From assembly GCF_018350175.1 (NCBI RefSeq), contig NC_058368.1:20214001-20278000 (forward strand): a stretch of DNA of 64,000 bases, in the 5' to 3' direction. Every line of letters starts with the position of its first letter. Position 1 is the stretch's first letter. Positions 53,267 to 64,000 of this stretch are shown one piece after another. The position numbers and the translations under genes are program-made. The stretch is from Felis catus. Lineage: Eukaryota. The notes under the pieces were generated by a model, which was not told the origin of the DNA, did no database searches, and worked only from the letters and a program-made list of their open reading frames with translations.

Positions 53267-53496
53267 TTTTTTTATTTTTTTTAATTTTTTTTTCAACGTT
53301 TATTTATTTTTGGGACAGAGAGAGACAGAGCATGAACGGGGGAGGGGCAGAGAGAGAGGGAGACACAGAATCGGAAACAGGCTCCAGGCTCTGAGCCATC
53401 AGCCCAGAGCCCGACGCGGGGCTCGAACTCCCGGACCGCGAGATCGTGACCTGGCTGAAGTCGGACGCTTAACCGACTGCGCCACCCAGGCGCCCC
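53267..53496 (-). mobile_element. Very young feline Can-SINE
   Basis: CpGs intact, long patterned tail, perfect TSD gggcagactttta at 53254-53266 and 53498-53510. Confidence 0.96.
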
Positions 53497-53525
53497 AGGG
53501 CAGACTTTTAAAAACCAAGTAGTGC

Positions 53526-53720
53526 TGGAGCACCTGGGTTGTTCAGTTGGTTATGAGTCTCACTTTGGCTCAGGTCACGATCTTGAGGTTTGAGTTCAAG
53601 CCCCACTTTGGGCTCTCTGCCCTCAGTGTGGAGCTTGCTTGGGAACCTCTGTCTCCCTCTCTATGCCCCTCCCCTGCCGGCGTGCGTGCACTCTCTCAAA
53701 AATAAACATTAGGAAAAAAA
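53526..53720 (+). mobile_element. Older Can-SINE, head-to-head with the previous one
   Basis: gcacctgggttgttcagttggtt..ctcaggtcacgatc..ctctctcaaaaataaacatt. Confidence 0.9.
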
Positions 53721-53786
53721 GTTCTACAAAGCTTATAATGGAAAAAAGAAATGTTCTGCTCTGACCCCTGAGTCTCATTTCTTAGA

Positions 53787-53862
53787 GCAGCACTGTTCAA
53801 TAGAACTTTATGCAATGAGGGAAACATTCTAGATCTGTACTCTCTGGTATGTTAGGCACTCA
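53787..53862. mobile_element. MER3-like fragment
   Basis: cagcactgttcaatagaactttatgcaatgagggaaacattcta. Confidence 0.6.
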
Positions 53863-55017
53863 CCTGTCCCTTTTCCCTAGTCTCCCTCCATCTTTTGCTT
53901 TGGCATTTTAGAAATCCGGTAGCTTATATTCTTGAATCCAGTCAGGAAGGACGTTTGGCTGGTGCATGGCTGTCAAGGCCACAGGATTCCACTTGTTTTT
54001 TTCTGGGTTCAGGACAGCACTGCTACCCTCCATTAGGTTTGGTGTCCCCCCTTTCCAGAGAATAAACTTCAGTATTCTGATGGAATGAGGAAGAGGCGGC
54101 TGATTTGGGGTTCAACTGCTGTGTTTACAGGAAGAGGCAACAGGCCAGACGTGGCCCATGGTTCTGCTTTGTTGAATTCTGTCAGCAAAGCTTTTTATAC
54201 CAACTTTTGAACAATTTTACCACCCCCTCACCTAGGCCAGAAATGCTGTGCGTGTACTCCGGCCCATTTACCTTGGTCATCCTCCTTCCTCAGGGTCCTG
54301 GTGACACTGGGCCTGGGCCATCCAATCTTGGGCATTCAGTGGGTCGGAATGATAGTTTGTGGGGGGAAGGTAGGGCGTGTGGTTTGGGGACCCTTGATCC
54401 TGTAGGGGGGGATGTGTTCTCCCAAAGATAACCTATTGACCTGACATGCCCCCCCAGCACTCCTATATGGAGACGGGGGTGGAAGGAACACTGGTTCTGC
54501 TGAATTGGCCGCCCCCCCCCCCCCCAGCATGCTTTGAAGAGGGAAATGGCTGGTTTCACAGTTGGAGCTTCTGTGAACTTCAAGTGTGGGGTACTTATCA
54601 CCTTCTTTGTTTTTTGGCCTGGACTCCAATTACTAATTTATGGATAAGTGTGTGTTCCTTACCACGTTCTAACATAAACCAATAAAAATGGGTTATCAAA
54701 ACTCAAAGGCAGTGGTATTTCAAGGCTGAGTTTGCTGTCCATATCCGACAAGGAACTGCACCTAAAATAAGGCAAGACAGAGGCACGTCTACTAACCACC
54801 TTCGAAAACTTGAAGTGGGCTTGGCCAATGTACATGACTGCTAGACTACTGCTGGTCATGATGGTCCCCTCCTGGCTGTCTTCAAATTTGGCCCCCGACA
54901 CCATCATCAGGATCACTGAATACGTGTTTACCAGAACAAATTTAATACATTAATTTTCCAGAACAGAGTCCTTAAAACCCAAGTTGTCTGAAAGCAGAAT
55001 GTATCATATTGCATAGG

Positions 55018-55158
55018 TCGGTGGTTTACAATCCTGGCTGTACACACCGGGGAAGCTTTTGAACAATATTCCACTCTAACTGAAACAATCTCTGGGGTGG
55101 GCATCAGTTGAAAAACTTCCTAGGTGATTGTAATGTGAAGCCAGGACAGGAACCGCTG
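55018..55158. mobile_element. MER5A-like MITE
   Basis: gtggtttacaatcctggctg..aatctctggggtggg..aggtgattgtaatgtgaagccagg..gaaccgctg. Confidence 0.65.
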
Positions 55159-55163
55159 TTTTA

Positions 55164-55380
55164 TTTTTTTTTTTATTTATTTTGAGGGAGAGAGAGAGAC
55201 TGTGTATCAGCATGTGTATCTGAATGGGGGAGGTGGAGAGAGAGGGAGAGAGAGAATCCTAGGCAGGCTCTGCACTGTGAGCGCAAAGCCCAAAGTGGGG
55301 CTTAAACTCAAACTGTGAGATGATGACCCAAGTGGAAATCAAGAGTCAGACGCTTAACGGACAGCCACCTAGGCGCCCCC
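55164..55380 (-). mobile_element. Can-SINE
   Basis: TSD aggaaccgctgtttta (55148-55163) / agggaccgctgtttta (55381-55396). Confidence 0.92.
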
Positions 55381-58300
55381 AGGGACCGCTGTTTTAGTTC
55401 AACTTCCTGATTTACCCTTAGCCCTGGCTTTATTTCTCTTGGGCCTGGTCCCATACCTATTTTTATGGCTACTGAAAGTGTATATTTTCAGGGCTGTATA
55501 CTTTTCAAAACTTTAAAAACCCTTCTTCTATTGCTGGGAAGATGGACCCTAAGCTCATCTTGTCCATGTACACAATTACGTAGCACTCACATCAGTGTAA
55601 GTAACCCGGAAAACGACCCAAAGACCGGCAGAACAAAGTCCACAACTAAACTTAGGGAAGAGGGTAGGAAGGGCAGGAGAGGCGGTGGGGAGCTAAAGGA
55701 TCTGTACAACAGTCTGTGGGAAGGAACTGACTGTCACACCAGTGAGCCCATGCTGGGAGGATAAATACCCATAACATTTGGCTTTGAAAACCAGAAGGGC
55801 TGAATTTCATGAGTTCTTACAATCAGCAGGACTTAAAAACTGGAATTAAAAAAAATCAGCAAGCTCAGCTCTGGGAGAGCTGGTAGGGCAAGAGGAAACT
55901 GAGTCCCTACCTTTAAAGAGACAGCACAAAAAACAGACTGGGGAGATCACATCAGCAGCAGTTTGAGAAATGCCTGGGGCATATGGGAGGGAGAATTGTT
56001 TACTAATTTCAGAGCCTATCCTAGAGGGCCAGAGATCATTGGGAGACTCTTACAGGAACAAAGGAGCTGGCTGGTGCCATTTCCCTCCTCAGCACCCCCC
56101 CCACCCAAGCCTGGCAGAAACACAGAGCCACCTGCATGAACCAGCAGGCACTGACTCTTGTTACCTAACCTGCTAACACCGCAAATCCTGCTTTACCCAC
56201 CCCCCCCCCCACTTCAGTGGATCCATCTCCTCTAGCCAGGGCTGCCTCAATCCTGGCCCTGCAGGTCTCCATCCCCCAGAAGACCAGCTCAAACCTTGCT
56301 AACACTGTGTCCTGCCCTTGCACAAGTTGGGGATCTGCCTCCTTCCATATATTCCTGGCCAAAGCCCATCCAAAGCGATGCTGTTGGCAAGCAGCCCCGA
56401 CAGGGGCCAGCACCACCTCAAAGTGACTATTACCCCAGGGAGAGGAAAAGATTACCATGGACACCAGTCAGACTATGGCCCCAGCAGTGGGCTGAGGGCA
56501 GACAGCTGGTCTGACTGCAGGCCCTGCCCACCAACAAAAGCTTCTCACGGTACAACAGAAGGAAAGTGCCCTGCCGTTTGGTGCTACTGCAGATGGCTGG
56601 TCGGCCTCAACTCAAGGCCAAGGTGGCCCCAGACTGGCCCATTAGCAACACAGAGACCAAACCCTGCCCCAAACAGGCAAAAACCATTGCAAATGACTGA
56701 AGGCAAAAGTGGCTCAGCCACAACAGCAGGGCACAAGCAACAACACATAGGAGACACCCCTGAAGCACCAGGTTCTGGTGAACAGGGGACACTGCACTGT
56801 AGGGCACTATAGAACCTCTTCTTCACAGGGCCACTACTTTCAAGAGCAGGAGACGTAGCTGACTTTACTAACCCAGAGAAATAGACACAGAGAGTTAAAC
56901 AAATGAGGAGACACAGCAATATGTCCCACATGAAAGAAAAGAAAATCACAGCAAGATACCTAAGCAGAATGAAGATAAGTAATATGCCTGACAGAAAATT
57001 TAAAGTAATGATCATTACTTGAGGAAATAGTGGAGGACACAAGACCCTTAATAAAGACATAAAAAAAGAACCAACCAGAGATGAAGAACACAAATGAAAT
57101 GAAAAACACACTAGATGGAATAGACTGGAGGAAGCAGAAGAACGAATCAGTGACCTGAAGGACAGAGTACTGGAAGGTCATCAAGCTAAGCAGATGACAG
57201 AAAAAAAATTACGCAAAATAAGAGTAGACTGAGGGAACTCAGCTACTGCATCATGTGTAATTAACGTTCACATTATAGGGATCTCAGAAGGAGAAGAGAG
57301 AGAAATCATAGCTGACAACCCCCCAAATCTGAGAAGGAAATAGAAATCCAGATTCAGGAGGCACAGAGCTCCTCCAACAAAATCAACCCCAGGATGTCCA
57401 CACCAAGATACATAGTAATTAAAATGGCAAAAAGTCATGATAAAGAATTTTAGAAGCAGCAAGAGAAAAGACAGTTACACACAAGGGAAACCCCGTAAGG
57501 CTATAAGTGGAGTTTTCAGCAGAAACTTTGCAGGCCAGAAGGGAGGGGCATGATATAATCAAAGTACAGGGAGGAAAAAAATGTGCAGTGAAGAATACTC
57601 TATTCAGCAAGGGTATAATTCAGAACAGAAGGCGAGAGAAAGAATTTCCCAAACAAAAGTTAAAGAAATTCATGATCACTAAACCAGCCCCACATAAAAT
57701 GTTAAAGGGGACTCTCTGAGTGGAAAGGAAAGACCATAAATAAAAGTAAGAAAAGGAGGAAGCAAAGTATACAATCATACAAGTATATCTGTAAAAATGA
57801 GTCAAGGGACTTACAAAATAAAAAGATGTAAAGTATGATACCATATGCCTAAAACACTGGGGTGGGGGAGAGGAGTAAAGAATGGGTTGAAATTTAAGCA
57901 ACCACTAACTTAAGATAGACTGCTGTATGCAGAAGATGTTATATACAAACCTAATGGTAACCACAAATCAAAAGTAATAGGTATGCAAAAAATAAAGAGA
58001 CAGGAATCCAGAGAAATATATCACAAAAAAGCCAACTAATTGTGGGAGAAAAGAAAAAAGGAAGAAACAAAGAACTACAAAATCAACTGTAAAACAAGTA
58101 ACAAAATAGCAATAAATACATACCTATTGATAATTAGTTTGAATGCAAATGGACTAAACACTCCAATCAAAAGGCACAGGGTGACAGAATGGATAAACAA
58201 CAACAACAACTCATCTATATGCTGCCTGCAAGAGACTCATTTCAGGCCTAAAGACACATGCAGATTGAAAGTGAGTGGATGGAGAAGCATTTATGCAAAC

Positions 58301-58864
58301 GTATGTGGAAAGAAAGCCAGGGTATCAATACTTATATTGGACAAAACAGACTATAAAACAAAGACTGTAACAAGAGACAAAGAAGGTATTGTATAATCAT
58401 AAAGGGAACAATCCAACAAGAAGATATAACAATTGTAAATATTTATGTTCCCAACATGCAAGCACCCAAATACATAAAGCAGTCAATAACAAACATAAAG
58501 TAATCAATAATAATACAATAATAGTAGGGGACTTTAACACCCCACTTACATCAATGGACAGATCATCCAAACAGAACATCAACAAGGAAATAGTGGCTTT
58601 CAATGACACATTGGACCACATGGATTTAATAGATATATTCAAAACATTCCATCCTGAAACAGAAGACACGTTCTTTTCAAGTGCACATGGAACACTGTCC
58701 AGAATAGATTACATATTAGGCCACAAAACAAGTCTCAACAAATTAAAAAAGACTGAAGTCATACCATGCATCTCTTCTGACCACAATGCTATGAAACTAA
58801 GAATCAGCCACAAGAAAAAATCTGCAAAGAGCACAAATGCATGGAGGTTAAATAACATGCTACT

Positions 58865-59068
58865 GGGGCACCTGGGTGGCTCAGTCAGTTGCGCGTCTCT
58901 TGATTTCAGCTCAGCTCATGATCTCACGGTTCATGAGATGGAGCCCCACATCAGGCTGACAGTACAGAGCCTACCTGGGATTCTCTCTCTCCCTCCCTCT
59001 CTCTCTGCCCCTTCCCTGCTCACTCGTGTATACTCTCTCTCTCTCAAAATAAATAAACTTAAAAAAAA
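58865..59068 (+). mobile_element. Can-SINE within L1 ORF2
   Basis: TSD aataacatgcta at 58851-58862 and 59069-59080. Confidence 0.93.
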
Positions 59069-62000
59069 AATAACATGCTATAAAGAATGGGTCAACTAAG
59101 TACTCAAAGAAGAAATAAAAAGAATACATAGAAACAAATGAGAATGTAAACACAATGGTCCAAAATGTATGGGATGCACAAAAGCTTTACTAAAAGGGAA
59201 GTTTATACAATACAGGCCTACCTCAAGGAGCAAGAAAAATCTCAAATTAACAACCTAAACTTACACCTAAAGAAGCTAGAAAGAGAACAAAACCCCAAAC
59301 CAGTAGAAAAAAGGAAATAATAAAAACTAGAGAAGAAATAAATGAAACAGAACTAAAAAAACAATAGAACAGACCAATGAAACCAGGATAAAAACAATTG
59401 ATAAACCTTTTATCAATTGAAAAGATAAACTTTTATCTTTGAAAAGATAAAAAACAATTGATAAACCTTTAGCCAGACTCGTCAGAAAGAGAGAGTGTGA
59501 GAATGTGCATATGAGAGTGCTCAAACAAAATCAGATATGAGAAAGGACACATGGCAACCAACAGCACAGAAATACAAAGGATTGTAAGAGAATATGATGA
59601 GAAGCTATATGCCAGCATACTGGACAACCTAGAAAAAAAATGGATGAATTCCTAGAAACATATAACCTTCCAAAAAATCAGGAAGAAAGAGAAAATCTGA
59701 ACTGATTAACAGCAATGAAATTGAATCATTAATCAAAAAACTCCCAACTAACAAAAGTCCAGGACCAGATGGATTCACAGGTGAATTCCACCACATATTT
59801 AAAGAAGAGTTCAAACTATTCCAAAAAAAAGAAGAGGAAAGAAAACTACCAAATTCATTCTAAAAGGCCAGAATTACCCTTATAACAAAACCAGATAAAG
59901 ACACTACAAAAAAGGAGAACTACAGGCCAATACTTCTGATGAACATAGATGCAAAAATATTGAATAAAATACCAGCAAACTGAATCCAACAATACATTAA
60001 AACAATCATTCACAACCTTCCTAGGTTGCAAGGGTGGATCAGTATTTGCAAATCAATCAATGTGTGATGCATCACATCAATAAAAGTAAAAACCATATGA
60101 TCATTTCAACAGACACACAAAAAAGCATTTGACAAAGCACAACATCCATTCATGATAAAAACCGTCAACAAAGTAGGTTTAGAGGGAACAAACCTCAACA
60201 TAATAAAGGCCATATATGAAAGACCCACAGCTAAAATTATATTCAATGGTGGAAAACTGAGAACTTTCCCAAGTCAGGAACAAGATAAAGATGTTTACTC
60301 TCACCACCTTTATTAAGCATGGTACTAGAAGTCCTAGGCACAACAATAAGACAAGAAAAAGGAATAAAAGACATCCAAATGGTAAGAAAGAAGTAAAAAT
60401 TTCACTATTTTCAGATGACATGATACCATAGATACAGAGCCCTAAGGTTAGTAAGGTCACAGGATACAAAATCAATGTACAGAAATCTGTTGCATTTGTA
60501 TACAATAATAATGAAAGAGCAGAAAGAGAAATTAAGAAAACAATCCCATTTACAATTGGACCAAAAATAACAAAATACCTAGGAAGAAACTTAACCAGGA
60601 GGTGAAAGACCTGTTGTACTCTGAAAACTATAAAACACTGATGAAAGAAATTGAAGATGACACAAACAAATGGAAAGATATTCCATGCTTATGGATTAGA
60701 AGAACAAATATTGTTAAAATGTCCATACTACCCAAAGAAATCTACATATTTTAATGCAATCCCTATCAAAATATCAGCAGCATTTTTATATGGAACTAGA
60801 ATAAACAATCCTAAAATCCATGTGGAACCACAAAGACCCTGAATAGCCAAAGCAATCTTGAAAAAGAAACACAAAGCTTCACAATTCCCGATTTGCAGGT
60901 CTATCGTAGTAATCAAAACAGTATGATACAGGCACAAAAACAGATACATAGATCAATGGAACAAAATAGAAAGTCCAGACATAATCCCATGATTATATGG
61001 CCAATTACTCTTTGACAAAGGAGGCAAGAATATGCAATGGGAAAACGACAATCTCTTCAAAAATGGTGCTGGGAAAACTGGATTGCTACATGCAAAAGAA
61101 TGAAACTGGACCACTTTCTTACACCATATACAAAAAAGAAATTGAAAATGAATTAAGGACCTAAATGTCATACCTGAAACCATAAAATCCTAGAAGAGAA
61201 AACAGGCAATGATTTCTTTGACATCAGCCAAAGCAATTTACTTCTAGATACGTCTTCTGAGGCAAGGGAGACAAAGCAAAAATAAGAGAGTGTGTGAGAA
61301 AAATAAAAAGTAAAAAACACCAAATAAAAAGCTTCTGCACAGCAAAGGAAACTAGCAATAAAACTATCAGGCATCCTAGTGAATGGGAGAAGATATTTGC
61401 AAATGACATATCTGATGAAGGGTTAGTATTCAAAATATATACAAGAACTTAACACCTAAAAACCAAATAATCCAATTAAAAATTAGGCAAAAGACATGAA
61501 CAGACATTTCGCCAAAGAAGATATCCAGATGGCCAACACACACATGAAAAGATGCTCAGCATTACTCATCATCAGGGAAATGCAAATCAGACTCGCAATG
61601 AGCTATCACCTCACACCTGTCAGAATGGCTAAAATCGACAACACAAGAAACAAGTGTTGGTGAGGATGTAGAGAAAAAGGAACCTTCATACACCCGTTGA
61701 TGGGAATGCAAACTGGTGCACCATTGAGCAAAACAGTATTTTTAACAGTATTTTTAACTCAAAAAGTTAAAAATAGTACAACCCTATGATTTAGGATTCA
61801 TACTTCTGGGTATTTACTCAATATGAAAACACTAAGTCAAAAGGGTATATGCACCCTATGGTTATTGCAGCATGATTTACCATAGCCAAATTATGAAGTA
61901 GCCCAAGTATCCACTGATACATAAATGAATAAAGGAGAGGTGGCATATATATATACAATGGAAGATTATTCAGCCATAACAAAGAACGAAGTCTTGCCAT

Positions 62001-62211
62001 TTGTAACAATAGTAATGGATCTAGAGGTTATAATGCTAAGCAAAATAAGTCAGATACCATACAATTTTAATGCTATGTGGAATTTAAGAAACATAACAGA
62101 GGAAAACAAACCAAAAAATAGACTAACTATAGAGAACTAATGGTTGACAGAGGGGAGGTGGGTGGGAGGATGGGTGAAACAGGTGAAGGGGATTAAGAGT
62201 ACACTAAGCCT

Positions 62212-62400
62212 GGGGCGCCCGGGGGCTCAGTCAGTTAAGTGTCTGCCTCTTAGTATCAGCTCAGGTCAGGATCTCACAGTTCGTGCCCTGCATCGGGTTC
62301 TGCACTAGCAGCATGGAGCCTGCTTGGGATTCTCTCTCTCCCTCTCTCTGCCCCTCCCTCCCTCCCTCTCTCTCTCAAAATAAATAAACTTAATTAAAAA
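62212..62400 (+). mobile_element. Can-SINE within the L1 3'UTR
   Basis: TSD ttaagagtacact at 62193-62205 and 62407-62419. Confidence 0.92.
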
Positions 62401-64000
62401 GTTTATTTAAGAGTACACTTATCATGATGAGCATTGAGTAATGCAGAGAACTGTTGATTCTCTAGTGTACCTCTGAAAACAATATAACACAGTACGTTAA
62501 CTATACTGGAATTAAAAAAAAAAAAACACAACAAACCCTCTTTCTTACTTTTTGTGAAATGAACTCTTACAACCTTCCAGCCCCCAAAATTTGTGATTCT
62601 AAAACACCACGAAAACCAAGACCCAGAAAATTGAGCCTGGTATAATTTGCACTGACAAAGCTAGTGGGAGAGGTGCAGCCAGCACACAGGAATATTCTTT
62701 TCTCTTTTTTACCCCTCTCATATCAATCAGAACAGCATTCACTTTTTCCTCACGTTATACAATCATTTTGGCTTAAGTACACTGAACTTGTTCTCTCAAT
62801 TAACCTCTGTCTGGAAAATGATACAGATGATGGAAATTCTGAAGAAAAAGTTTCCACTGCCACCTTCCCCTCTCGGTAAGTTTTTACTCTGTTCTTATCT
62901 GAAAATCTGTTTTAATAACAAAATGTGCCTTTTAGCCTTGCATCCTCATCAGTCCCAACCACTGCTGTGGCTTACATAAGTTTCTTCTTGCAGTATTATC
63001 TGTTAACTCACTTAGAACAGACAAAACTATCGAATGCGTTTATAATGCTTACGCCAGAAACACAAGGCTGCCTCCATCAGAAGAGATCAACTAACTGCCC
63101 TACAGAACAAAGACCCAGGCTGAACAAAAGCCCCATCCAGCCTTCCCCAGAACACACAGACGTCATTGGCATTGTACATTCTAAAGAGCAAAGATGGATC
63201 TAATCTTTTCCGTGAATCTGCCTCGCTGGGGAAAAACACTGATTGCTGAGATTAGTCTTGTAATAACAATGCCTCCACTCAGCGAACAAAATTTAGGACA
63301 GCACCTGAAAGTTTCATGGGTTAGTAACATGTCAAGAACTCTCTATTGCTATTATTTGCAATGCAGCAGTACTATGTCCTTAGGTGCTCTCCTGGCTAGA
63401 ACTGTGTGTGGGCTTTCCTGGGTGATGAAAAGTAAGTAAAAAAAAAAAAAAAAAAATCCTGTCTTTGAAGAGCTTACTATTCAAGACACAGATGCAGAAA
63501 CAGAAGGGCCTAAAGATGGAACAACTTGATAGATGTGCAACAAATACGTCAATGAAATAACCACTTTTACTGAAAATAAGACGGGATGCAAGTATCTTCA
63601 TATGTTGCAAAGGATGAGTCATTTCAGGCTTGTATTTTCAGATACGGCGACAACCTGACATATGTTCAGTTGGCTGTTTGCCTGAAGAAATATTAGCCAC
63701 TTAACCAGATATCAGGCCTAGAGGACAATACGGGTCCAGGGTCACTGCTTGGGGTTGGGCCCACCCTGGGGTTGCAGAGGATCATCAAAGGGATGGGCTG
63801 GATCCCAATTTCCATGGGATCTTGGAGAGCCCTAAGTAAACAGAACCTCTCCCAGAATGCCATGAGTGGGAGTGGGTCCCCAGAACTGTCTCACTGGTCC
63901 TAAACTCACCCAGTTCAGTAGCTGGGTCCTTGGACTTTCTCCAGTCTTGGGGACGACTCCAGCTGTACATGGACTCGTCCTGGCTGGGATTAAACTCATC

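Larger units (their letters stand above)
55530..62530 (+). mobile_element. Full-length decayed carnivore L1
   Basis: 5'UTR, ORF1 remnant (EFSAETLQARRE), ORF2 EN remnants (ISLNANGLNTPIKRHR..ICCLQETH; IIVGDFNTPL..SRIDYILGHK..SDHN), RT region, 3'UTR and A-tail. Degenerate TSD aaacccttcttct (55517-55529) / aaaccctctttct (62533-62545). Many stops and frameshifts. Confidence 0.92.
28874..64000 (-). other. FAM124A: FAM124A intron preceding the last exon (extends beyond the window)
   Basis: Acceptor AG at 28875-28874. No ORF matching the upstream FAM124 domain exon appears in the window or the ORF track. Confidence 0.8.

Noticed and set aside
58040..59099. 118-aa and 236-aa ORFs with endonuclease motifs
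   Set aside because: These are frameshifted L1 ORF2 EN remnants reading into a SINE, not an intact or domesticated gene.
8684..62400. tRNA-like A/B box sequences
   Set aside because: All are heads of Can-SINEs followed by (CT)n and A-tails, not tRNA genes.

Overview
Mammalian genomic DNA, almost certainly from a felid: it carries about 18 tRNA-derived Can-SINEs of the feline type and a feline-type L1 3' end. The only protein-coding sequence I can support is the last coding exon of FAM124A on the minus strand (28873->28076, AQRVHKKFPKPG...DNAMEEFYI*), followed by a likely 3'UTR of about 0.9 kb. Positions above 28873 belong to the preceding FAM124A intron, which exceeds 35 kb because the upstream exon is not in the window. 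Four long decayed L1s occupy about 24 kb of that intron, two of them nested. Positions 1-27000 are downstream or intergenic DNA containing MLT1/ERVL LTRs, MIR, L2, MER58 and SINEs. Almost all ORFs in the track are spurious (SINE/L1 remnants or GC-rich antisense frames). I found no convincing new multi-gene system. The best leads are: (1) a cryptic 99-nt FAM124A exon with an in-frame stop; (2) a neighbouring head-to-head SINE pair that could form a hairpin; (3) a four-level nested retrotransposon with recoverable TSDs; (4) a templated foldback insertion scar inside an L1; (5) an orphan CpG-rich patch and a perfect CTCF motif downstream of FAM124A. Repeat family names come from recalled consensus similarity, not a search, and repeat boundaries are approximate.
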